DNA of 62,955 nt, counting the filler, from Atractiella rhizophila (taxonomy: Eukaryota), in the NCBI GenBank assembly GCA_021432655.1. It is 9 parts of 9 records of this genome, joined end to end, with 100 filler letters (N's around TTAATTAATTAA, not from the genome) between each part and the next. Parts side by side here need not be neighbours in the genome. Positions count along the whole stretch, not along the records: positions 21,613 to 30,049 come from MU272152.1; positions 30,150 to 38,577 come from MU272153.1; 7 more parts are not named here. One strand, 5' to 3'. Shown one piece after another: positions 23,873 through 34,216 of this stretch (the stretch's first letter is position 1; each line of letters opens with the position of its first letter). Position numbers and translations under genes: made by a program. The notes beneath the pieces were generated by a model that was not told the origin of the DNA, did no database searches, and saw only the letters and a list, made by a program, of their open reading frames with translations.

Positions 23873-26597
23873 ATGTCAAGTCCGAATGTTGTAAATCTTA
23901 ACGGCAGTGGTCTCACCATCCAACAAGTCGTCGATGTTGCGCTCGGGAAGAGTACCGCCCAATTGGTGAACGGGAAGGAAGGTGATAAGTTGAAGAGGGA
24001 GATGGAGAATAGCGTGGATTTCTTGGCCTCAAAGGTACGTCGTGTCAATTCGCTTATCAAATGAGAAAAAGCTGATTTCATGCTCTCGTGCCGGTTAGCT
24101 CGATACGAGCATTTATGGAGTGCGTTCCGTCTCCTTACCTTCTTGTTTCGAATGATTCTGAGCTGGGGAACCTAGATGTCAACCGGGTTTGGAGGGAGTG
24201 CGGACACACGTACCCAGGCGTTGGACGACTTACAGGTTTGTTTGCTATCACGTGTCCCTTCCCAGACTCACAGGTGTGGATTCCCTTGAACAGGTGGCAA
24301 TCATCGAGCACCAACTGTGTGGTATCCTCCCTCTGGATTCAGAAATTGGTCGCCCCCACCTCGTGCCTTCAAAAGGAGTCGACGGTGCCTTGCCTATCGA
24401 TGTTGTCCGAGGGTCCATTGTGATTCGAGTAAACTCTCTCATTCGGTACGTCTTGTTGCTCAGATGTGAAGCAAAGATAGACTTATTGTGGGGACATAGC
24501 GCACACTCTGCCATCAGAGTCCGGGTCATCGAGGCTCTCCTCGGCCTTCTGAAGCACAACATTACCCCTGTAGTTCCGCTACGAGGTTCTATCTCTGCCT
24601 CTGGAGACTTGTCTCCTGTATGCCAGCCTCTTTTCCTTAGTCTTTGAGCTCCAGACTGACGAGGTTTCTCGACTAAGTTGTCATACATTGCAGCAGCCAT
24701 TTGCGCTCATCCTAGCTCTCGTGTTACTGTCCCTTCGTGCGTGTTTTCTCTCAATCAAAGCTACACATCATTGACGAGATCTGCACAGGAAAACGCCAGG
24801 CATGCTCGAAGTTATTCCGGCTGGCGAGGCGTTGAAAAAAGTCGGAATTGAGGCTATCAAACTGGGACCGAAGGAAGGACTCGCTCTCGTCAATGGCACT
24901 TCTGTCTCAGGTACGGATTTTTATTCAGGCTGATGAATGCTGATACGGCTGGGGTTTGCAGCATCTGCGGCTTGTCTCGCTCTCAATCGAGCACTCCATC
25001 TTTTCGAAGTTGCTCAGCTCGGAACTGCAATGATACTTGAGGCATTGATTGGACACGTGGGAAGCTTTGATCCGTATGTCCCCCTCTTCCCCCTGCAGCT
25101 TCCTTTACCTGTGCCCCTACTAACTTATTGACACCAGCTTTATCCACGACGTGACCCGCCCTCATCCAGGCCAGATTGCAGTGGCGAAGCACATGCGTGA
25201 TCTCCTTGTGGACTCCAAGTTCGCCATCCACTTTGAACCAGAGCTGAAAGCCGCGGACGACGATGGCATCCTCCGACAGGATAGGTACCCTCTGAGAACA
25301 TCTGCTCAGTGGTTGGGACCTGTGATGAGCGACTTCGAAAGCGCGAAGCAAGCTTTGGAGATTGAGATCAACAGCACTACTGGTTCGTGCCTTAATCTGT
25401 TCATGATGAGATGAGGATGGTCCTGACGGTTCTGGCTCATGACAGACAATCCTCTTGTGGATCATCAAGGCAAGAAGACCCATCACGGTGGCAACTTCCA
25501 AGCGGTCTCGCCTGCTTTGGCGATGGAGAAGGTTCGATTGGGGCTCGCACTGGTCGGAAAGCTCGCATTTGCCCAAACCACCGAAATGCTCAAGTTCGTA
25601 ATCCAACCTCATCACAGAGAAATTACTCACAAGAGCATTAGCGCACACATGAATCGCGGTCTTCCCAGCTGTCTGGCTGGCGACGCTCCGTCGACCAACT
25701 ACCATGCGAAAGGTCTTGATATCCACATTGCGGCTTATTGTGCCGAGCTTGGTTACCTGGCGAACCCAATGACGACTCACGTGCAGTCTGCAGAGATGCA
25801 CAACCAAGCTGTCAAGTTCGTCTTCTCATTTTGTTCTCTAACTGCGGTCGTTGACCTGTGGGATGAAATAGCTCGATGGCCCTCGCTAGTGCTAGGAAGA
25901 CTCATGAATCTTGCGACGTTCTTACCCTGCTCCTTGCTACCCAACTCTACTGCGCCTCCCAGGCCCTCGACCTCCGATTCCAAGACAATCTCTTCCGCCG
26001 TGCATTGAAGGAGCAAATCCTTCCCGCCTCTCTCAAATCCTTCTCCCCGTCTGATGTCAACAGCCGCAAGATCTACAACGGAATGTGCCTCCGTCTCGAC
26101 GCTACGAACAGCAAAGATCTTGAAGCCCGAATGGAGGACGTTTGGCGCTCTGTGGAAAGCTTGGCCGTTGATGCTTCCGGTGGAAAGGTGCAGGCGAAAG
26201 ATTTGGCCAACTGGAGACAAAATGGGGCTAAGGAGAGCGTCAGGGTCTACAGGTCTATTCAGGATGCATTTAACAAGGGCACGAGCAAGGAAGTGGCCAG
26301 TATGATGGGTCGCGGAACACGCAACGTCTACGCTTGTATTAGGGGAGACCTTGGTGTCCATTTCAGGAGGTATGTCTTGCTTGTACTATTGTTGGCAGGT
26401 TCTATCTTATTGACGATTTTACCAACAGGGGCGACATCTACAATGGCGGCTGGCAAGAATCTGTAGGAACAAATGTTTCCAAAATTGCGCGCAAACTTGC
26501 CCAGATCGACGGAAGTTTCAGCGCTCAGGACACTTTCTCAAAGTCTTTTGACATCTCCCGAAATCTCAAGTTTTGGGAGCCAAAGGCTCGTTTGTGA
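23873..26597 (+). CDS. PAL: Phenylalanine/tyrosine ammonia-lyase (MIO-dependent aromatic amino acid lyase), multi-exon
   Basis: Motifs seen: [40 protein letters not shown] (MIO tripeptide ASG), [33 protein letters not shown]...HGGNFQA and SAEMHNQAV. The last exon reads [20 protein letters not shown]...PKARL*. Confidence 0.96.
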
Positions 26598-26977
26598 GCC
26601 CTCAAAAATTTCTTTTCTTTGGCGACATCCATCTTTTATCTCGTCTTCTTGGTCTCATCATTTGCGCTACTCGCACTTTACCATTCGTCAAAATGTTTGA
26701 CATTCAGCACTTGCATTTAGTATCCTGTCTTGTTGTTACCTTCAGAACCACGTAGACGAATCAATGCCATGTTCACGATTCACACGATATTCTAGAGATC
26801 CCTATTATTTGACGACCAAATTCCGTTGATGGACATTGTAGAATGAAATCCAATAGCCTCAGTCGAGGAGAATACACGATGCTGCAAGCTGTTCGTACAG
26901 GACTGCCCATGATGCAGGATGAGAAATCTATGCTAGGACTTTCAGGCCTGAAACAGTGACATAGATGGTGTGCCAAG

Positions 26978-28644
26978 TCAGAAAGCCGATATTCCACCTT
27001 CCGTGAAGATTAATGAGATGGATTCGCCGTTATGGGTCTGGCCACATTCTTAGCATGGAAAGCGCAGAGAAGGAGAAAGGGACGTAAACGTACACGACGG
27101 ATGCTTTCCGCAAGGACCGGACTAATGTCAATGACCTCTATTTTGTCTCCAGCTACCTTCAAATGTTCCTTTTGTGAAATGGTGTTCGTGACCTAGATCG
27201 ACGGAATGAGACGTCAAGTATCGATAAGGATGCGCACACTCACAACAAGGCGATCAAGAGGGAGTTCCTTGATAATTTCAGGAGCTGAACCCGACAAAAG
27301 GCCTGCGACAGCGACTTCTCAGTCCCTTGTTCCTACATGTATTAAAGCAGCACATACCATGGGCAACAACAGCGTAGATTTGCTTTGCACCAGCATCGTG
27401 AAGGGTATGAGCCGCAAGCTGAAGCGTCTCTCCAGTATCACACATGTCATCAAGAAGGACCGCAATCTATCAGGGTCGTCTATTAGCATCGACACCAAAC
27501 TTTTCGCCAACTTGCCTTTCCCTTCACATCGCCGACCAGGATTTCCATCCTACCAAGTTCATGCTTCCCATCGCTGCCCTTTTTGCTCCTACGTCTATTG
27601 ATAAGTGCAAAGTCGACGTCAAGTCTATCCGCAAGAGACGTAGCCCTTACAATGTCGCCCGTCAGCAACGGTACACGTGTACAAAAATGAAGAAGCACCT
27701 TTTAGCTCCTCCAGCATCGGGAGAGACGATGATACAATTCTTCCAGTCATCTATCCTAGTTTTGATATAATTGATCATCATCGGTTCAACCCAGAGATTG
27801 TCACAAGGGATGTCAAAGAATCCTTGAATCTGGCCCGCGTGCAACTCCATCGTAATGACATGGTCAGCTCCTGCGATCTGGAGCATGTTAGCGACAAGCT
27901 TAGCGGTAATTGGAGCTCGCGAGCGGTCCTTTCGATCCATGCGAGAATAGGGATAACATGGTATGAGAGCCGTGATTCGACGGGCAGATGCGGTTTTACA
28001 AGCTCTGTTTATTCAAATTCAAAATCAGAGATGCACTGACCTGATTCAAGAAAACGGGAGGGAATACGTACGAGATCAGGATCAAAAGCTCCTATTGCCC
28101 ACGGTAGGGTTAGTTCCCATTCCTTCTTTCCAAAGAAAAAAGAATAGAGAAGGGAAGTTCTCAAGGAAGTCCACCGACCATTAGAAGGTCATTAGGGTCC
28201 GAAAAAGGGTGCAAGTCGGGTCTGAAGTGTCCAGGAGAAGCAGGTCGACTTGGCGCATCTCCGTTAGGCTCGATGGTACGGTGAGGGACTGGAGTCGTGG
28301 GGCGAGACCCTTTCGCACTTCCATTCAGTTGAGCTGAGCCAATGCCGGGCGTAGGAGGAACGGAGCCGTTGGTAGGATATGGAGAAGGGTTGAAACCGGT
28401 TTGAATGATGTAGATGTCGGCATCACGAACGGACTCGTGGATCGCAACATTTGTTTCGTTATCTGAGAACTTTTTGACGGTACATCTCGTGAGTGGGATG
28501 CCCAACCTGCACCATATTTGCCATGAACCACATTTTCCAATTGCAACTGAGACAATGACAAGCGTACCTCTGTGCAATAGCTTGCGCGAGTTCTGGGTGG
28601 CTGTTTCCCGTCAAGAGTTTTACTGCTCCACCTGCGCCGTGCAT
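26978..28644 (-). CDS. Ribose-phosphate pyrophosphokinase (PRPP synthetase) with a non-homologous insertion, multi-exon
   Basis: [13 protein letters not shown]...[16 protein letters not shown]...[26 protein letters not shown]...[23 protein letters not shown]...[10 protein letters not shown]...DDMCDTGET...RTHNGESIS...SAF*. Confidence 0.95.
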
Positions 28645-28900
28645 ATCTGATACAGCAATAAATAATGTTCTTAATCTTTCAGATCGTCGTTTGACTGGTT
28701 CACCAGGTCAACAAAGAAAAAAGAAAAAAATTTCAACCAAAAGGAACCAAAAGCTCGCAGCGATTCCGGGGAGGACCGGACGGCCGAAAAGATCCCCTGG
28801 GGAAATGCCGACATCCAACGGAAGAATGTAGTATTGCCGAAATTTCCTCCAATTCTCCGCTCCACGACTTGCTGGCCAATTTCAGTCCTCCTCAAGCAGC

Positions 28901-30049
28901 ATGGTATCAGCGAAGCAGGTTATACAGCTATTGCTGCACCCAACCGATCTCAGAGCCCTAATGTAGGTGGTATTCCTTTTAACGAGCTCCGTTGACTTCG
29001 CTGTGCAGAAATTACAAAATATGGCATGAGCCTTTACGTCGCCTCGAAGACGATTTGGAGACGTCAAGATATGACCAACCTACCATGAAGCGATGCTATG
29101 AACTGTTGGACCATAGTTCAAGGTCATTTGCAATGGTCATTAAAGAGTTGGAAGCAGAGTTGGGACGTGTCGTGAGTTCCACGCTTCTCGGCAATTATGG
29201 GACTAGATACGAGGTTTGTTGGGCAGGTGTGCATTTTCTACCTCGTATTGAGGGCTTTGGACACCATTGAAGACGACATGACCCTCGATATTGAACTGAA
29301 GGAGAAACTCTTGACGGAACTGCACCTCAAGCTTGATGATACCGAGTGGAACTTCACAGGATGTGAGGGCTTGTTCTTGGAGTTTGACGACTGTTAGCTC
29401 ACCCATTTACTGGATAGCTGGTCCTAACGAAAAGGATAAGGCAGTCCTCGTCGATTTTCAAGTGATTCGTCACGAGTTTTCTCTCCTGGCCGAAGGGTAA
29501 GGTGACTTCCACAAAGCGCCTTCGGCAACTGATGATTGCGACAGCTATCGGCTGGCCATCCAGGACATTGCTCGAATGATGGGAAAGGGAATGGCGAAAT
29601 ATGCCCGGATAGCGGCCGACAACCCCTCGACAGACTATCAAGTAAACAGCATGGCGGACTTCGACGTGTACTGCCATTACGTTGCTGGACTAGTCGGCGA
29701 AGGATTGTCTCGCCTTTTCGCGGCATCGGGACGAGAGGATCCGGAGCTCCCTCGCCGACTGTCGCTCTCGAATTCCATGGGTCTCATGCTTCAGAAGAAC
29801 AACATCATGCGCGACTTTGCAGAAGACTTGCGAGACGGACGGTTGTTCTGGCCGAAAGACATTTGGGGAAAATACGTCAATGACCCGAAGGATTTCTGGG
29901 ACGATTCGATCGAAGGCATCGAGGAAAAGCGCACATGGGCTCTCAACGAGATGTGCTTTGATGCTCTGAGGCATTCATTGGATTGCTTGAACTACCTTAC
30001 CCTGATCAAGAGACAGTCCGTCTTCAATTTCTGCGCCATCCCCCAGGTA
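28901..30049 (+). CDS. ERG9: Squalene synthase, 5' part (truncated by contig end)
   Basis: SSRSFAMVIKEL, CIFYLVLRALDTIEDDM, YCHYVAGLVGEGLSRLF, MGLMLQKNNIMRDFAED, FNFCAIPQV. Confidence 0.96.
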
Positions 30050-30149
30050 NNNNNNNNNNNNNNNNNNNNNNNNNNNNNNNNNNNNNNNNNNNNTTAATTA
30101 ATTAANNNNNNNNNNNNNNNNNNNNNNNNNNNNNNNNNNNNNNNNNNNN
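30050..30149. other. Artificial contig linker
   Basis: N44-TTAATTAATTAA-N44. Confidence 0.97.
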
Positions 30150-30253
30150 AAGGGAAAACGTTCGTTGTGGATCTGAACGAGGAGGGCAGGGTTGAGGACA
30201 GTGCGGAGTTGAGATTTGACGGCGGCAATGTCTGTAGTTGAGGTGGTCATCAT
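30150..30253 (-). CDS. Probable 5' end of an unidentified gene (truncated)
   Basis: An open frame MMTTSTTDIAAVKSQLRTVLNPALLVQIHNERFP runs into the linker with coding-like codon usage. A GTGAGT donor near 30500 suggests a 5' UTR intron. Confidence 0.35.
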
Positions 30254-30901
30254 GAGGGACGTAGACTTTCAAAGCAAGGAGCACTGTGAGCACAGAACGT
30301 CAGTTATTATTCAGAATTTGAACAACTGGGGTGATGGCGACATTGTTTTGAAAGCTGTTACATACAATGCTCTCAGGATCCTTTCCTAGACCGTTCTGAA
30401 ACTTGGCTCAGGACAGACGTTAGGATGACATTAGACAATTAACGACATTTTTAATGCCACAGGGGTTTTATAACTTGAAAGCAAGCAAACAGGTACTCAC
30501 AGGTTGTCTTTACTGGGCAATAGTGTGGCAACGAGTTATTCTCTGAGCATCACCCTCCGCCACTCCTTCTTTTATATTCTATCGGAGGAACATCTCATGT
30601 CTCAGGCTAAGGATGAAGAGGATTAGACTGTATAGTATTGTATTTGAAATGCAGTATTCATGCTTTTTCAGCAAAGCATTGAAACAAAAATAAATCAGGC
30701 TGAGTCAAAGAGTATACGAGTAGGAGAGTAGATACAATCAAATACAATAGGCTATATATACTGACGACTAAAAGCTGGTTGAAGTAGTTTATGGGAAGCA
30801 AGGTTGACAGCTTCCTCAAAACGAGCTTCCCCAGTCGTCCTTCCAAGTTCCAACCTTATTCAGATGCAGATATCGCACAAAGCTAAGGCAAAGGAATAAA
30901 G

Positions 30902-32464
30902 TCAGGATGAAAGGTTTTTGAATGCAGTATTACGCAAAGCTTCACTTGCTCTCGGTCTTTGCGCGGGATCAAGACAAAGACAATCAGTCATTAGTGCCAG
31001 AAAGTTTGCAAGTTCTTCACCTCCATTGTGATATACAAGTGCTTCCGCCAATTCCTCCTCGATTGCTGGTAGAGCACTCGTCTCGATAATATCTTGCATT
31101 TTGTCTATGGTATTTTGTTAAAACACAGCTCGAATGTATAAAATAAGGACATACGTCTGAAAGCCGGATCGTGAACTCGAGTTTCATACCTCTCTAATAC
31201 CTCTAGTTTGTGTTGTTTTCGAGTTCGAAGAGTCATATGTGCAAGGTGGAGGATGTCGTTTGGAGTGTCGTCATCGCCGTTGTCCCCAAAAGGAAAAAGC
31301 CAATGGCCAGTCGCAAACTCGTACATCTATCGACCGCGATCAGGAGGTCTGATAGTAACAGGCAGACGATGATCTTACCAAGCACCCAAGGCTCCAAATA
31401 TCGATGGGAGGTCCCCACTCCATACCCAGAATGACCTCTGGTGCTCGAAGAGGCCTCGGTTGCACAATGGTGCTCATTTGTGGGGTTTGGAAGTGCGCTA
31501 GTACCTCAACATCAGGTCCAACTATCAGCTAGGGAATCGAGATTGCGAACAGTGTCCAAAATCCGAAATGACCCAATCGAGGTCTCGATTCTGACTTTGT
31601 CTGGTGCTCACGGCGTGGGAGAGCGGAGCAGAGATCACAGGATGGAAGGGCAGCTCGTTCGGAGGGATATCCTTTGGAAAGTCGTAGAGCGTAGGCGGTC
31701 TCTTTATGGAATGCTCTCTAACAATGGAATCTATATCCGTGGGCCGCAAGAGGATGTTGTTAGGTTTGAGATCTGCCAACCAAGCGTGAGACGAACACAG
31801 GATGGGCCATGAATGATAACCACACCTGAATGGACTACTCCACACTCGTCGTGCAAATATTCAAGCCCTCGCAGAGTTCCCTTAACGATTCTCAGAATAA
31901 ACTTTAGGGAGAGTCGCCGATCAGCTAGCTGACTCTGAAGGGATGAGACGCTGTAGCTCAGGACATCTGTCACGAAGCATATGTGTTTTCCAGCGAAGCT
32001 CTGAAAAACAAACTCGTGAACGACGTGTGGGAAACCAGGATGTGATGGAGCAGTCTTCGAGACTTTTCGAAAAATATCACGTTCGGCCAGCCTCCCAGCT
32101 TCGACTTCGCGTGATGCGTGAGACGAAAGTACTTTTATGGCTACGTGCCGGTCATCTCTAGTTAACAGAGTGTCATATAGGAGCTGGAAAATAAGGCAGC
32201 GTACTTGAGATCTCTGGCGAGCCAGACCGTTGAAAAGCCGCCCCATCCCAGCTTTCTTGTGACTACATATCGCCCATCTTCGAAACTTTCTCCAAGGCGG
32301 ACTGGATAAAAGCCACCACCCTCCTCACGCCCCTTGGTGAGGTTCTCTTCAGGCCACTCAAGGGATTTCAGGCCTTCGCTTGCTTCATACGATATAGCTC
32401 GAGTGTTGCGAAGGGACCAGAGGGGTACTTGCATTCGGTAAAATGGAGGAGCTCTCAGATACAT
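30902..32464 (-). CDS. SRPK/Sky1-like CMGC serine/threonine kinase (fungal expanded subfamily), multi-exon
   Basis: Reads GGFYPVRLGESFEDGRYVVTRKLGWGGFSTVWLARD, VAIKV, GLEYLHDECGVVHS|DLKPNNILL, ISDFGH, LRAPEVILGMEWGPPIDIWSLGC and CLCLDPAQRPRASEAL. The start codon is uncertain. Confidence 0.9.
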
Positions 32465-33037
32465 GAACGTCGGTTTCCAGTTGGGCAGTAACCGACCCAC
32501 CAACATCTGCGGCTGTAGATGCCCTTCCCTCTTCGCGACGGCGCACCGCTGAACTGTGACCTGATTCTCTGCCAAGCTTCACCTGATTCACCCCAACCAA
32601 AGGCTTCCAACGAGTTCAGAGTTTGGGTGCAGCGGCAGGGATGTGTGTGGGCCAGACGGAAGGAACCAATGGGAGCAGAGGAAAGAAGGCCGGTTCAAAA
32701 GTAACAGAAAGCATGGTGCAAACTGCCTGAAGACGTTTTCGCTTCGCAGGCATTTTCGGGACCCTGCTCGTGCTCGCTCCACCCCCGCTCCACGCGTTTG
32801 TAGGCCATTGTAGGTCATGCTGATTACCAAAGCAGCTTATAGATACTTCCCTTTCGGGAACCACGTAGCCTCATCAGGTCTCATGACGTCTCTATACCCA
32901 GGAAATGTTATATCAGGCGTCCCGTCATTCCCATCATTTAAAAGCTTCTCAAAGCTGCCTCTTCCCCTCACTCGTCCCCCCTATCTTATCCGGCCACCGT
33001 TTATTACATCTGAATTTCACGAGGTAGCTTTACGACC

Positions 33038-33890
33038 ATGTCTTCTCCTAAAATCACTCTATACACCGCGCCAACTCCTAATGGGATCAAAATAAGCATG
33101 GCTCTGGTCGGTACTCTTCTTGTTCGAAGTGGGAAGCGCTCAAACGAAAGGAGTAATAGGAAGAGCTCGGGATCCCATACGAAGAGAAGAGGTTGGCGTT
33201 TGGAAAGAACGAGCAAAAAGAACCTTGGTTCCTCAAGGTATCCTGTTTACTTCACTCGAAACTGTAGCCCCAATATAGATGATCATGGACGGGATAGATA
33301 AATCCCAACGGCCGCATACCCGCAATCACGGATCACAATTCCCCAGTGACTGGAGGGGAGTTCCATGTCTTCGAATCAGGCTCCATTCTCCAATACCTCG
33401 TCGATCAGTACGATAAAGATCACAAGCTTTCGTATAAGTATGGAACAAAGGAGTACTACGAGATGTTGCAGTGGGTGTTCTTTCAGAACGCTGGTGCGTC
33501 TCCCTCTCCCTCCATCCCGTCCTCTTACCTTTCAATCCAAGAAGAAAGCTAAAGAAAATTCATGTCGCAGGTGTGGGACCGATGCAAGGACAAGCGAACC
33601 ACTTTGTGAAATTCGCTCCCGAGCGCATCGAATACGGAATGAAGCGATACACGGACGAGACGAAACGACTGTATTCCGTTCTCGACACCCGCCTTGCGTC
33701 GCAGCCCTCTGGCTGGCTGGTCGGCGATCACATCTCCATCGCGGACATCACCACGTTCGGTTGGGTGTATGCGTCCAAGTTGTTGGAGGGGAAGGTGGAC
33801 CTTGCGGAGTTCCCTAAGCTTAAGGAGTGGAAGGAGAGGATTGAGGCGAGGGAGGCAACGAAGAAGGGCAATATTATGAATCAGAATTGA
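33038..33890 (+). CDS. Glutathione S-transferase, Ure2p/YfcG (Nu)-like
   Basis: LYTAPTPNGIKISMAL|EELGIPYE...EQKEPWFLK|INPNGRIPAI...VFESGSILQYLV...GVGPMQGQANHF...RYTDETKRLYSVLD...SIADITTFGWV. Confidence 0.95.
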
Positions 33891-34216
33891 TTGAGACTAG
33901 GACAAAATGAAGCACTGATGTGTACAAAGTAGCAACGCTTGATGCTTGTGATATGGATTTGTTTGCAAAATATTGAATTCGTATCCACAGGCTTTCATAG
34001 CTTGCGCGACATGACAACGCTCGGACACATTGTTAGTACTCAGATTCAGTCAATATTGTCGAACCAAACAGCTCCACCATTCACGACACGCCAAGTTCCC
34101 GCCGAGTTCCCGTTCTTGTCATGTTGTAGTTAGCCGCAAATCCGACCACCCCCGCCTACGTCAAGATTCATTCAAACGACGACGCTCCTGCTGCCCTTCC
34201 CTCTACTCCCATTCTC

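Noticed and set aside
26940..26980. Stop-codon readthrough (TGA CTT) at the end of the PRPP synthetase giving a cryptic PTS1
   Set aside because: The context is not the strong TGA CTA motif, and the extension ends ...LFQA*, which is not a PTS1.
23873..30049. PAL, PRPP synthetase and ERG9 as a secondary-metabolite cluster
   Set aside because: The neighbours are housekeeping genes (CWC15, PRS, ERG9), and there are no tailoring enzymes, transporter or cluster regulator in the piece.
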